Origin: Azolla caroliniana
Lineage: Eukaryota; Plantae; Polypodiophyta
DNA length: 64,000 nt
NCBI GenBank assembly: GCA_043228905.1
Contig: JBHGNT010000010.1
Span: 9,858,001-9,922,000, forward strand
Direction: 5' to 3'
Shown in pieces: positions 12,502 to 25,700 of the stretch; positions within the stretch are counted from its first letter, which is position 1, and every line of letters starts with the position of its first letter. Below the pieces are notes generated by a model that was not told the DNA's origin, made no database searches, and was given only the letters and a program-made list of their open reading frames with translations. Made by a program: the position numbers and the translations under genes.

Positions 12502-15500
12502 CTTTACGAAACAAAGGCTATGTATATATGAATGTATAGATCCATTTATCTATCTACAACTCTTATATCACCTTCAGTCATCATATGAGAGCTTGGTTCC
12601 TTTATATTATCAAGCCTACCCTTATGTGAGGTTACCAACAAATCATTTCAATCAATCAATCCTTCCCCTCTATATTCCTTTGACCCTCATTCCCTACCAA
12701 GCAAATATTCTCCCCACCTATGGTAATATATCCTCTTGCAATTATATTCGGTGGTATATCTTTGTCTCTTTGTAACATCATTATTGTTAGGTTTCCTTGT
12801 GTCCTACTTCTCGACCTTATCTTGTTGGATTCTCTCTAATGGCATTGCCACCATTCATGGAAAAGTTATTTTGTGCATTGCTCTTCTTTAATTGGCCTCA
12901 TACTTTATTCAACGGGACCACTAGTCATACTTCGTCGTCTTCATCGTTACTTACAACACATGCATTGTGGAAGATTCTATCATGCCATCAATCTCCAAGG
13001 TTATTGGAGGATATACCATGTTCCCATAATTTTGTACTATTGGACACTAGATATGCATTTTTGGTGCATTAGTCACTTAAAGTTCACCACAATTATGTCT
13101 TAGATGTACTAGTTCGATGCATTTAAACTATCATGTTTGATGTCTTTGTACTTGCTTATTGTGTGCACTATTATGTATTTCTATAACTTTTACATTAAAA
13201 TATGGAATCTTATTTCAATGATCAATAAGAACGAGTTTGTGGGACATAATAGGACATAGTAATACATAAATATCTCATTAAATTCTATTGAGGAGTAAGA
13301 TTAAATCACACCTAATGGCTCTATTCAAGGTCAAAAGGTTAGAAATTATAAACAGTTTCTCGTTTTCCTATGGTCAAGCTTCAAGATTCTCCATCTATCT
13401 AGCAAAGTCTTTTCCATGAAGGCTATTAACTTATCAGAATATAGGTATAGAGATAGGAGGAACATAATTTCTTGAAAGCCAACATCCAGAATACATCTAA
13501 TCTAAACAAGAAAATTATACAAAGTGATCTCTCATGATAAGCCTCAATTGACATACGGACATGAGTTAGAAATCCATTAAGATTATTGTTTACGTGTGGC
13601 AAGGGCACGTAGATTGAAAATTTGGAATGGAAACTGATGACTTCCAACCTACATGTGCACCATAGTGCAAACATGTTGTAGAAATAATTCCTTATTGTTT
13701 TCCTAATTACAATTAATGTAGTGCATATTGGAAACCATTGATACCCATGTAAGGTCAATTTGCAACCTTTCAAGTTGGCAACCACATGTGTTCCTATCTT
13801 GTCTCTAAAAGTATTTTACAACAAAAACAACTTTATTTTGTCATCATACGATAAAACATGACCATAGTTCTCTTTCTAATTGCCAACAATGATAATATTC
13901 TCTTCCATCATATTATCATCGCCACACCACATTGCAGACTAAACTGCATATATGTACCACTTTTGTAAAGCACCTATGGATATCATTCTACTTTATCAAG
14001 TTCAAAATTAAGATAACCTACTGTGAACACTTCCATGCTCATATATTCATTGTTGCTTTATACTAATAATTCTTCATTTCCATGAATTAATAAACGTAAA
14101 AGGAAGTGTACATGTACTTAAGGCATTGATCCCATCACCACTAGTGCTTTGACAGAAAAGATACATGAAAATGAGGTACACATAAGACAACCACTAGAAG
14201 ACATTTAAATCAAATATCTCCTTCAATGTTATTTGTAAAGACTTCATAATGTGTCCCTACACAACCTTGAATGTCTTTAAGCCCTGTGGGATCCTAGAGC
14301 TACACACAAAGCATGATACAAAATATACATATAATAAAAGTAGACATTTGACTCACCTCCTCACATCATGCTAGTATGGGCACAACCTGGAGTCTAGATG
14401 CTAGCAACAAACATGTGAATTATGATTCATATGATCAATGCCATGTACTATCTATCCAGATTCCACATCTATCATACTTCAGAGCGTCAAATCCTAGTGC
14501 TAGAATCCAAGACCAACAATAACTGATGAAATTGTTATTTATAGAATTACTGAGCCATTATATGTACTTTGAAAGATGCCCAGGGCCATAACGTACACCC
14601 CCATATATTTTAATTGTTTGTTCTTGACATTGTTCAAGATAATGAAGTTCAATAGGTCTTAAGAGGTCTAGGCAAACTATTCTTCTCTTTGCTCAATAGT
14701 TTGAATGATGGATAAAACATTTTTCACATCGATTGATAAATATTGATGTAGGATCTAACACGATGTAGTGTCTCATAAGAGAAATTCCCTTTCACCGGAC
14801 AAGTTAATTAATGTCAAGGGACTAACCAACATGTAAGATTCCCCCATGGCCTAATGGGTGCACTCACACTCATGGGAGCATTGCACTAGGTGGTTTGGAA
14901 TTTGTATAACCCTAAGGTACCAGGTAGTGACAAGATGGGTCAGGGTTGTGGGGTGGGCTCAAGAATAGTGATGTGGGAGTCTTAGGGGTTGGAGTGGAGG
15001 GTCGTGATAGCTAGGGAGTAGTGTAGTTAGAGTAGGACTTGGATATCTTTGGACTTGGGAAGAAGTCAAGCCATGGACATCGTCACAAGAGAGAAATAAA
15101 CGAAGATATTGGAGTGTACATTTGACAAAACCAATCCTAGCTTTGCATGGAGGTTAAGATCATTGAAGTAATGTGTGTTGAGTGGGGGTGGCTCATGAAC
15201 TTCATGTAACCATTCTTAGGATGGGTATGGGTATGGTTTTTCTTCACATATCGTATGGCTAATTACTGGATGTAGTATTGGAAACTGAAATTTCCAAGGA
15301 AGCTAGGGATATATCTATAGACCACACTCTATTATGTTTATTAGGAGGGGATTTGATATGTAGTGTTTTGGAATATATAATGATATATAGTGGAGTAGAT
15401 GATGGATGAGCTAGGTGATGAATGATAGGAGTGGTTGGGGGAGAGTTAGGATTTGCAATGGCTTGCGTTGGGGATGTTGGTATCATTGTTTCATGTTTAT

Positions 15501-16605
15501 CAATGTTGATTATGTGTTAAATTGATTTCAATTTTTCTTCCACCCACCTCTTGTAAGAGATGCTCTAGATCATGTTGACCTTCTTAGGCATCGCCAAGGT
15601 AACATCTCAATGGTAGGCGAACGTAAAGCTTCAACATCTTGACTCAGGGTATTTCCACGATAATTTTAATCTTCCTCATGGTTCTCTTTCTTTTCTCCCA
15701 TTGTCAATTCATTGGTAAAAATAACGTCTATTGTTTGTGTGATTATCGTGATGATGTGAAGTAGATGTTGTATTATCTAGGCCTATCTCTTCTTTAAATG
15801 TATCTCGTGGAGGAATGCTCACTACCCAATGTATGTCTACCCCTAAGCCACTCTCTCAGTTGTTAGGCAAGGTTTTTCCATCTTGATACAAATTGTTATA
15901 ACATTCATGATGACATACATAATCAACTGTGCATATATGATGGCTAGGGATTCCACTCAATTCCTAATATTTTATGGTACTTTAATGTTTCGAACACTTC
16001 AATGGCTTCTTCAACTATGAATTCAGATATTTGGAAGGATTTCGTTCAGTGGTGGAATGAATCTCATTTTCCTATCATAGAGCTTTGCAAGGGAGCTCAT
16101 TGCTACGTCCTAGGGATAAAAGGGCCAATGTAAGTTTAGTAATCTAAGGGTAGTTCAGTCTTTCATGTAATCACCTTGCAAATATTCTCTCTTAGTTATG
16201 TGTATTACGTTGGAGCTACCAATTATAGGCTTCGAGATTTTGATTAGGAGATCATGATATTATTCACAAGGTGGAGACAATGAACCCATATGAAACTTCA
16301 AGCAGAGTTAATGCGCAAGGAACCAAGAGAAAATATGACTTTCTCTTCAACTCATAGTTTGTAACATATATGGACTATCTTTTCCCAATCTAGGCTCATA
16401 TTCTAACCATTGATTGATTTATTCCACATGTCCTAACCATTCATATAAGTTACTTATGTGAGCTCTTGGTAAGTTTTGTAGAGTTCTTTGGGTATGATAT
16501 TTCAAGTAACTTCCAACTTTCATTGCCCTAAAGTTTCCAAATTTAATGAGCCGATTATAGAATGATTACAAGTATTTCCAGTTGAGATTGGCATTTGTCC
16601 CTATC

Positions 16606-17496
16606 TGTAACACATCCGATGTGTTGAGGGGTTCCGTGATCAGAACCACAACAGTCCACCTCGAGGGATTGAGGTGAGGGCCTTCTTGACGGATGGGGAA
16701 AGCTCCCATGATTCGAGTTGTGAGTCATGGGCTTCTAAGTCTTCTCGATAGATGGAGAAGACACCCATGACTCGAGGTGTGAGTCCTGGGTTTTCTAAAG
16801 TCTTCTTGTTGAGAATCAAGCTCAACCTCACACTAGAGAGTTACACACCACCGGTTCACCACTATGTAATATAACTAATGTGTCATAGGAGTTACATTCT
16901 ATGACACATTATTAATGAGTCTTGTAACATAACTCATGTGTCATAGGAGTTACACTCTATGACACATAGTTAATGAGATTCTCAACTCCCCAAGATTCTA
17001 GAGAGTGAGTGAGTGGGTGAACTTATATAAAGCACCCTCCCCCTACTTTGTAAGTGTCGGTTAATCTTACTTGTAGTGCTCATTATCTCTATACATGTTC
17101 TCTACTTCTTGTTAATATACATGTTGAGTATTTCATTTTCCTATCTATCTCTCCTCTCTCCTCTTTCACACACACATAACACACGTCTTTAACCTATTCT
17201 GCTGCATAGAATCACACTCGATTCTTTACACTTCTCGAAGGATGGAGAAGACACCCATGACTCAAGGTGTGAGTTGTGGGTTTTCTAAAGTCTTCTTGAT
17301 GGATGGAGAAGACAACCATGACTCGAGATGTGAGTCATGGGCTTGAGGCATTGCCATGAAGTAATTGCTTCACGATATAAAGCAAATTCAAATATTATAT
17401 CAAGTGAAATTTGTGAGCCAAGTAGTGTTGGTCACTCGAGTCCGAGTTCGATCGGAGATACACCCTAAGCATAAATATTTTTTTGGTGGTGTTACA
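16606..17496. mobile_element. Solo LTR (TGTAACAC...GTGTTACA, gypsy-type termini), interrupted by a Copia solo LTR
   Basis: 8-bp inverted termini. Flanks CTATC / CTATG (5-bp TSD with one mismatch). Internal ~60-bp repeats contain CCATGACTC..GAGTCATGG palindromes. Confidence 0.8.
16807..17230 (+). mobile_element. Copia solo LTR of the element G family, nested in the solo LTR above
   Basis: TGTTGAGAATCAAG...GATTCTTTACA with a perfect TSD CTTCT (16802-16806, 17231-17235). Its termini and the TGTGTCATAGGA..CTATGACACA hairpin match the reverse complement of the G LTR (18223-18605). Confidence 0.88.
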
Positions 17497-18222
17497 CTAT
17501 GGGAGGGAAATGAAGCATTGCGTCGATCTTTGTTTTGGGTAAGGCTCGTGTTGCAAGTTTTGGGGTAGGAAGTAAAGGTTAAATCTTATTTGTTTTGCCT
17601 ACGTTGCCAATGTCTACTTCGTTGATATTTAGTGTCTGATTGCACTTTGTAAGCTAAAGACTCAATATTTCAAAAGGTGAACTACATCCATCTAGTCTCA
17701 AGGATCCATAGCATTGGAGATTACTCTCATTTACAAAACTTGGGAGTTCTTCCCAATCTAGGCTCTTTGACTCACACATTCTAGTTTTAGTGATCTTAAT
17801 CACTACATAGACCCTCCATTGTTAGCTTTATCTTAAATTAGATTCCTTAAATATCCCACTCACACTCCCTTACATTACTAGATAGTTCCAAACTCCTTTT
17901 CATATAGATTGATGTACATGTTCATTATACTGTATTTACTTTAACTATTATTTATACCTTAATATAGTTTATTTTATTTAGTATATACTTGTTTATTTCT
18001 CTTTCTACCTGCCACTTATCGGGGTGAAAGAGATCATATTATGTATGCATTTGAGAACACATGCAAGGTGGAGAAATTAAATGTTGGGTACTCAAGAAAT
18101 ACCTTTTCAACACATTGGTGGCACCAATGTTTTTTTATATGAATGATATCATTCCTAAGTTTACTTGAAAAAAGTTTGAAAATGTTCAAAAGTGTTTTCT
18201 AACAAAGTTTCTCCAATACGAC

Positions 18223-18274
18223 TGTAAAGAATCGGATGGATGATTCTGTACAGCGGAAGAGCTATGTGTGTGTG

Positions 18275-18337
<63 letters not shown>

Positions 18338-20734
18338 TGAAAACTGTATTAACAAGGAGACAAGAATAACCAATATAGTTACAAAGAGAAGGAGAATGTG
18401 CTTATGTAGTCACCTTCTCTCTAAGTTCTCTCACTAGTACCGACTCTTGGGAAAGAGGTTGTGTCTTGACTACTTAAAGAATATGTGTCATAGGACATTA
18501 ACTTCTATGACACACTAGTTACTATACAAGGAGGTGGGGTGTTTACATACTTGAGTATCCTAGAGTGTGTTCCCATTCACGGGAAGTTGAGTTTGATTCT
18601 CAACACGCCCCTTCAAACGCAACTTTCAGGTGCTGAAAAGTTGATTCGGTTTGGTTTTCAAGATTCTTCGATTAGGTTGTTCGACTAAATCGGTTTCAGC
18701 TTAACCAAATTTTGATCGTCGGATGGTTGGTTCTCTTCGGGTTGGCTTTGAGTAAACGTCGGCTTCGGCTTCGAATGTTCTTTGGGACTCCTACTCTCCT
18801 TACTCCCCCTCAAGCTTGTCGACGGTCGAAAGACCCAAGTTCTTCATGAACTACTGCAACTTGTCGACTCCCATGGACTTGGTGAAGATGTTGGCCGTCT
18901 ACAAGTTTCTGATGATGTGTTGTAGGTCAACATCCCTAGCCAGAACATGCTCTCGGATGAAGTGATAGTGCACGTCGATGTGCTTGGTCCGAGCTTGGAA
19001 AATTGGGTTCTGAGCTAGGTGAATGCTGCTCATATTGTCGCAATACAGGAGAATCAGATCCTTGATGGGAACGCCCAGGTCCTTCAATATTCACTTGAGC
19101 CAAACAACTTCACATGCGGCTATTGCCGTGCCCATGTATTCAGCTTCGGTGCTCAACAGTGCGATTGTCGGCTGTTTCTTACTACTCCACGTTATGACGC
19201 CACTACCGAGAGAGAAAACAAATCCGGATGTCGATTGTCAGTTGGTTCTATAGCCAACCCAATCGGCATTGGTATACCCTTCGAGTTGTATCAGTGTGGC
19301 CGATTTGTAAAGGATGCCGAAATCCATGGTTCCACTCACATACCTTAACACTCGCTTAGCACAATCGAGATGGATGTCTTGCGGAGTTTGCATGAATTGG
19401 CTATGCAGGCCGACCGGGTAACTCAGGTCAGGTCGGGTAATTGTGAGGTTGATGAGGCTTCCGACTAGTCGACGATAGAGCATCGACTCACACTCTCTAG
19501 TGCCGAGTTGACATCCAGCTTTAGATTTCGATCGAGAGGGATAGTGACGGGTTTACACCGTGTCATCCTAAACTTGTAAAGAAGATTGAGGATATAGTGA
19601 CTTTGAGAAAGCATGATGCCATATGGAGTCCGAATTACTTCTATTCCTAGAGAGTAATGGAACTCCTTCATATTGATCATTTCGAATCGACTGGGGAGGA
19701 GCTTCTTGATGTGCTCAATATCTACTAAATGCTCTCCTCCTATGACCAAGTCATCCACATCAATGATGATAAATACCTCTCCTTTAGAGTCGCTCCGGAT
19801 GAACAAAGAGTTGTCAGACTTGGCCATGTTGAAGCTGATTTGATGAAGATATTGTGTTATCTTCGAATGCCATGCTCTCGGTGCCTACTTGAGACTATAG
19901 AGAGGCTTTTTGAGTCGGTAATCAGCAATCATATGCGTAGTCGACCCGAATCCAAGTGGTTGTATCATGTACACTTCCTCTTCTAACTCACCAGTTGGAG
20001 GAAAGTGCCCTTTACGTCCATTTGGTGGAGGTGCCACCCTTTTGCTGCTGCAAGCACGATCACGGTTCGAATTGTAGTCATCTTTTCCATTGGGGCAAAG
20101 GTCTCTTCGTAGTCGACATCGTGTGTTTGCGCATAGCCCTTTGCCACAAGCCGGGCCTTGTACCGATTAATAGTGACGTCGGCATTGTGCTTCACTTTGA
20201 AAATCCACCAGCATCCAATTGCCTTTTGGTGGTGTGAAGAAGGGACAAGATCCCATGACTCATTCTTGGAGAGTTCTTGCATCGCCTCATCCATTGTTTC
20301 GACCCATCTAGGGCCCTTTGCGGCCTCAGAAAAGGTTTCCGGTTCTCGGATTGTCACCACCTTCATCATGAATGCATAATGATATGCCATGTAGTTGTTG
20401 TAGCCGAGTCGGCTGACTACGTTCTTCTCTTGGGTGGACCGACGTGGTTCTCCTGGTGTCCTCATGATGGGCACATCCAATCGACCATGCTCACTGTTGA
20501 GTGAGTGGTCAGATTCGTTTCTATCTAAGTCTTCGTACTCAGGCATTTTGGCCTTTTCCTTGTCATGTTTACTTGGTCGTGATGTGTTTTGGTTGCTTGG
20601 AGGCTCTTGTGGTCCACTCAACCTGGTTGAGATTGGACTTTCCTCTGATGTGGGCCTTGGTCGATCATCCTCCTCTGCATCTGTGTCGAACTTGGTTTCG
20701 ACTGTGTTGAATGGGGCTGGTTTGATTGTATACC
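18223..20734 (-). mobile_element. Ty1/copia element G, 3' part (integrase tail, RT, RNase H, 3' LTR 18223-18605); degenerate; cut by element A at 20735
   Basis: Minus-strand fragments YKARLVAKGYAQTHDVDYEETFAP, LHQMDVK, IIDVDDLVIGG, YRRLVGSLINLTITRPDLSY, LYCDNMSSIHLAQNPIFQARTKHIDVHYHFIRE. PPT TTTGAAGGGGCG (18606-18617). The LTR is TG..CA and contains a (GA)n tract at ~18278-18333. Confidence 0.92.
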
Positions 20735-21310
20735 TGTATAGGATCTACGCATCGAGGACGTTAACTCCTCGATGTTGTTTGCGGAACTCGGACCAACGTA
20801 TACCCCTTTGATGGCGAATCGGGTGGAGATGGTTGTCGAACACCTTCGAGCCTCACACTCAGCGATTAATAGATGATTAAGCATGATATCTCTCTCACTC
20901 TCTCAAGCTCTCTCTCATAGACAATAGGTTAATGAATATAGACAATAAGAGTAATGAATATGTTTATTAACCCTCTTTGCTAAGAGGTCTAGCACCAACA
21001 AGGAAGAGAGATTAGTGTTCTCTAACTAAACACCTCACTAATCTCTCTTAAGCTTAAAGGTTACAAGGAGGAGAGGAAGCTCTAGCTCTTAATCAATAGG
21101 GAGATCTTTACAAATGGAAGAACCCTTACAAATCCACTACCATGTGGTTTATATAGCATTTACATTTAGGGTATGGACCTTTCACACTTGGATGTCCCTT
21201 AGCCCTTTTTCCTCTTGCCATTTCCTCTTCATGGGTCCTTTAGCTATACTACATCCTTGTTGATGCATTCTTCTTCATGACTGGTCGTGGTGCAATCCAA
21301 GCGCTTAACA
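20735..21310 (-). repeat. 3' LTR of element A
   Basis: TGTATAGG...GCTTAACA. It interrupts the Copia G coding frame at 20734 and is followed by TCCCCCCCAA (PPT TTGGGGGGGA on minus, 21311-21320). Confidence 0.8.
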
Positions 21311-21774
21311 TCCCCCCCAACCTAATGAGTGCACACCCCTGGGTGCACTGTGGGAGGGGAGCTTTGGGCGTTGGGGGCGATAAGGATAGAGTAGAGGGGT
21401 TCGTCGAGTGGTGGTCGGCGACGAAGATGGTGACGGAGACATTGTCGTGTGAATCTTCACACACTATGTAAAAAAAATAAAAAATAAAAAATAATGAAAT
21501 AATTATTATAGATTAGATTAGTAGCTTACTATAGAAAGATGGATATACTCAAGAGCTTCAAAACGTATTTTACTATATACAAAATGGAGAAATACATATC
21601 AAGTTATGTGAAAATGAAGTTTGAGAAGATAGGGAAATTAGAACTACCCCACATAGATAGGAAACTTAAGGCCCTGGCTATATTAGCACCTTGAGCTGCC
21701 TCATTTTTCATTTGTGCTAAGAGCACTTTGGCCACTTTGTCTTGATGGAAGATGGTGGCCAAGTTCCCAAAATC

Positions 21775-22045
21775 TGGAAACCGACCGGTAAGCAAAACCG
21801 GAATCGGAACCGGCCGGCAAGCAAAACCGGAAATTGGCCGGTAAGCAAATCCGGAAACCGGTCGGTACGCAAATCCGAAAATCGGCTGGTAAACAAAATC
21901 GGAAACGGCAAGCAAACCAGAACCGGCCGGCAAGGAAAACCGGAACCGGCAAGAAAACCGGAACTGGCCGGCAAGCAAAATCGGAACTAGAATCGGCAAG
22001 CAAACCGGAACCGGTCGGCAAGCAAAATGGAACCGGCCGGCGAGG
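21775..22045. repeat. Degenerate tandem array of AACCGG(CCGG)CAAGCAAA-type units
   Basis: Directly visible repeated AACCGG / CAAGCAAA motifs. The Pro/Gly/Phe repeat ORFs in the track are by-products of this array. Confidence 0.8.
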
Positions 22046-22787
22046 GATTCGGTGATCGGGCGAAACTGGCTACCAAACAAGGTTGGATGCGGACGGACAG
22101 AAGATTGGATCATGCAACAAACTAAAGTAAAGTGAAGAGAACTAAAGTAAAGGCCATGTGGACGCAAGCAACTAAAGTTGGAGTGCATGCAAAAAGTAAA
22201 GGTCATGTGGACGGTTACATGCAACTAAACGAAAAAGCCATGCAACTAAAAATAGATGCAACTAAAAATAGATGCAACTAAAAGAAAAAGCTAAGCAACT
22301 AAAAGTAGAGGCCATGCAACAAAAAGTGGACATGCAGATGATCAAGGGAGAACTCCATATAAAATTCCATTTTTTTTCCTACACTCATATTCTCTCTCCA
22401 TTATTAGTTTTTCTTTTCCTTCTTAGCTCCCCTATCTTATTGAAGCCATATCTCTCAAGTAAAACCCTAATTTCCTTACGAAAGCCATATCTTACTCATA
22501 ACCCTAAATTTCCATACGGAAGCTAATCAACTCATAAAACCATAATCTCTTATTAAAGCCAAAAACCCTAATTTTCTATAGAATTCATATCTTAATTTCC
22601 TCTAATCTATTACTCTAGCCATCACATTAGCAAACTTTTTGTAATCCCAATCTTGGGATTAATTGTAATCTTTCTTTTTACTTGTTAATGAAATTTGTTA
22701 ATCTTTCTCATTTCGGTTAATTCTTAGTATATAAATACACAAATTTGATATCCTCTAGTCAAAGGCCCCGGGGTCTTGCCTCAACGT

Positions 22788-25700
22788 TCACGTATCCTCG
22801 TCGTATTTTCGCGACAACGTCGCATGTTGAGGGGCGGTAAGCGGATTTCTTGCATTTGATTGATCGTTGTGAAGAATTCCTTCTTGGGGCTGGCTATCCA
22901 TGTTGAGGTGTTGTAGTCGACGAAGGGAGAGGGAGGGGTTCGACCAAAACTGATGTAAGTTGGAAAGAAGCAGGTGTCGATCATGGTTTCGAAATCCCGT
23001 TTGTAGATGGCGGGTAGTACGTTGACACGGGTCCAAAGGCCAACCAGTTAACAATGTGTGGGGCATTTATTCAAATCCAATGCGAGACCCCACATCGGGT
23101 GGTAGTGCTGCTTGAACGCAAGGGTCTCATAAGGGCCAAAGTTGAGGAGAATGAGCAGCAGTTGCAAAAAACAAAGGTTGGCTTGGATGTCGGGGTCAAG
23201 GATGTCGAGGTATGTACGGAGGAAACGCCGCATGACACGGATCATTCTAGCTTCTGTCGGAGATGTGCGAGGGTGTCGTGGAAACACGGGCCAGTTGAAT
23301 TGGAGGGTGGGTAGTCGTGCCTGGGCTGCCTGAAATTCGTGCCACGGCCAACGTCGTGGGAGTGGAAAAAAGGAGCGGTTTGTGCGCATCTCTAGAGGGT
23401 GCAGGGCAAACCATTCCTGGAAGGTCGGGTGCTCGAACCATGGGAGCCGCCACGGGGGTTGAATGCCGGGTGGCTCGATGAGTGGGTCGACCACAGGGTG
23501 GTGCCATCCTCGAGTTGAGGTGGGGTTGGCGGTCGCCCAAGTAGACATCTTATCTCGGTAAACATGTGGGCAAAGGAAGATATCGACTTGGGGTTCGGAG
23601 GCGACTTCGGGGTAGTAGGTGTAGAGGTGGGTGAGTAGTATGGGGGGTCTCGTAGAAATCAAACTCCTAGGGGAATGGGGGCTGCAGATTGGCTATCGAG
23701 GCAGGTGTCCCAACCTTCACCGTGTTCGATGTAGTCAAGAGCAGCTTGGAGGCTGTGGGTGAGTTGGTAACGATCTACCAAGTCAGTGTAGAATGCCGCA
23801 ACATTGAATCGAGAACTTGTGTGGTGCAGTAGTGGGGGGGTAGTGAAGATAGGAGGTGCACGAGGGGGTGGTTGAAAGGGAGGGCTTTGCGGAGTATGAC
23901 GTCTGTGAATGCCCCACTTGAGTGTGTGGAGCGGGAAAGGATTGGCGGATGTGGAGGTGGAAGGGTGGGGGGTAACGGGGTTGGGCAAGAGGGGGTGTGC
24001 AAATGGGGTTGCGGCCGAACATGGGGTGTGTATGATCAGGTATGTGGTGTTCGCTGAGGTGTGGAAGGGGGGGTGGGGAGTGTTGAGGAGGGGGGGAGGG
24101 GGGAGGAATTGGAGGTGGGGGAGGTGACGGTGGTGATGAGGTATGGTTAGGGGGTGGGTGATGGTCGGTATCATTAGGTGAGTCCAGGTTCCACTCTGGG
24201 TTGATAGCGAGCGAGCGAGGGGTGGGCGGGGTTCGGGGATAGTAGTGCGTGGGCACGAGCTTCATCGAAGGTCATAAGTTGGTACTCACGGGAGACGTCG
24301 AGGTAGAGTTCTAACTCTTGGATGTCGTCAGCCTCGAGGTCGGTGGGCCAGTTGAACGCTACACATTCTATACTGAATATGTGGGTACAAATCCCAATTT
24401 CCTAGGCGTTTTGCCGAGCGCGGATTAACCAAAGGAACCCCAAAGGGGGAACGTAGGCAGTAGCGCTCTCCAGCATGGCCCGAGTGAGGGTGTCGATGAT
24501 TCAGTGTAAGTGCACAAGCGTGGTGAAGAGTTGGGCCAATTGGTTATCGTGGACTTGCATCGTGACATCGGAAGTGTAAGCGAAACACACCAGGTCGGGG
24601 ATGTCTAAGTTTGGGGTTATGGCGGTATGGAGGTAGGCCATGCCTTTGAGAAACAAGACAGGAAGGTGTTGGGGGAAGAGGTCATCTGCCGGTGGTAGGG
24701 GCTCGTTGGTGACCTCTTGGTACAACATGAAGAGTGCTAGGGCGTGGTTGTCTTCCAGAAGTACGCGGACGAACGTCATCTGATCGGGTGGGGTGGTCTC
24801 GTCGAAGAATGCGCGACATGTAGCAGCTAACGAGCGCCTAAATCATATTCGGAGTAACGAGTGGAGTAGATGGGGTGGTCCGAACGGTGGAGGCGCCAAT
24901 CGTGCCTGGGGTGAGGGCGTGCTCGAGGGTAGCTTTGGTGGTACGGAGTTGGGTGATGTCCTTCTCGAGCTCGGTGCACTGGCGGCGGTGTTTGATGAGG
25001 AGGCATCGATTCCGCATGTTTGCGACCTCCACTTGCTGTACCATAGCGTCATGTTCAACTTTGAGCGTTGTGATCTCGTTCCTGAGCATGTGATTTCTGG
25101 CCGTGTAGAGAGGTCCGTAGTCATAGCCGCGAGTTGTGTTTCCGTCCACTGGTGTTGCGTGGTGAGGCGTACGTACTCGGCAGAGAGTTCAACGTATGTT
25201 TGCGTGGCTTGTTCTTGGTCGTGGCATCGGGTTTGCTCAACGAACAGTTCCTTCTTGAGGAGGTCGTAGGAGGCGGCTTGGCATGCATTGGTATGGTGGG
25301 CATTCCTTACTTCGGCGGCCAAGACCTCATTCCTTGTGTAGGATTCCTGCTGTTCATTGGCGGTCTGTTGGGCCTGTGTGTGGACTTGGAGTAGGCGCCG
25401 ATTCACGACGGAAGTCATCTTGAGGATGTCTATCACCATGTCGGGTTTGGGGGTGGTAGAGGGTGTTGAGGTAGGATGAGTGGTTGTGGCAATGGGTGGA
25501 TGAGGGCGGGGAACAAGGGCTGGTAAGGGTTCTAGTGGGGTGGTCGTTAGGGTGGTATCAGGGGTTGGTTGGGAGGGAACAACCGGGCATGGAGACGATG
25601 GTGGGTTAGGGTTCTCGGGAGGGGGCATGGGGGTTGCGACCACCGAGGCATCGATGGGTGGTGGGTTGTGGCGGGCCAGTTTATGGGGTCGAGGGTGCGG

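Noticed and set aside
12800-16600. Possible ancient TE remnant (purine-skewed, Pro-rich minus-strand fragments)
   Set aside because: I could not read convincing domain motifs or termini, so it is left unannotated.
21604-22224. 206-aa and overlapping repetitive ORFs
   Set aside because: They are translations of the AACCGG/CAAGCAAA tandem array, open in several frames on both strands.
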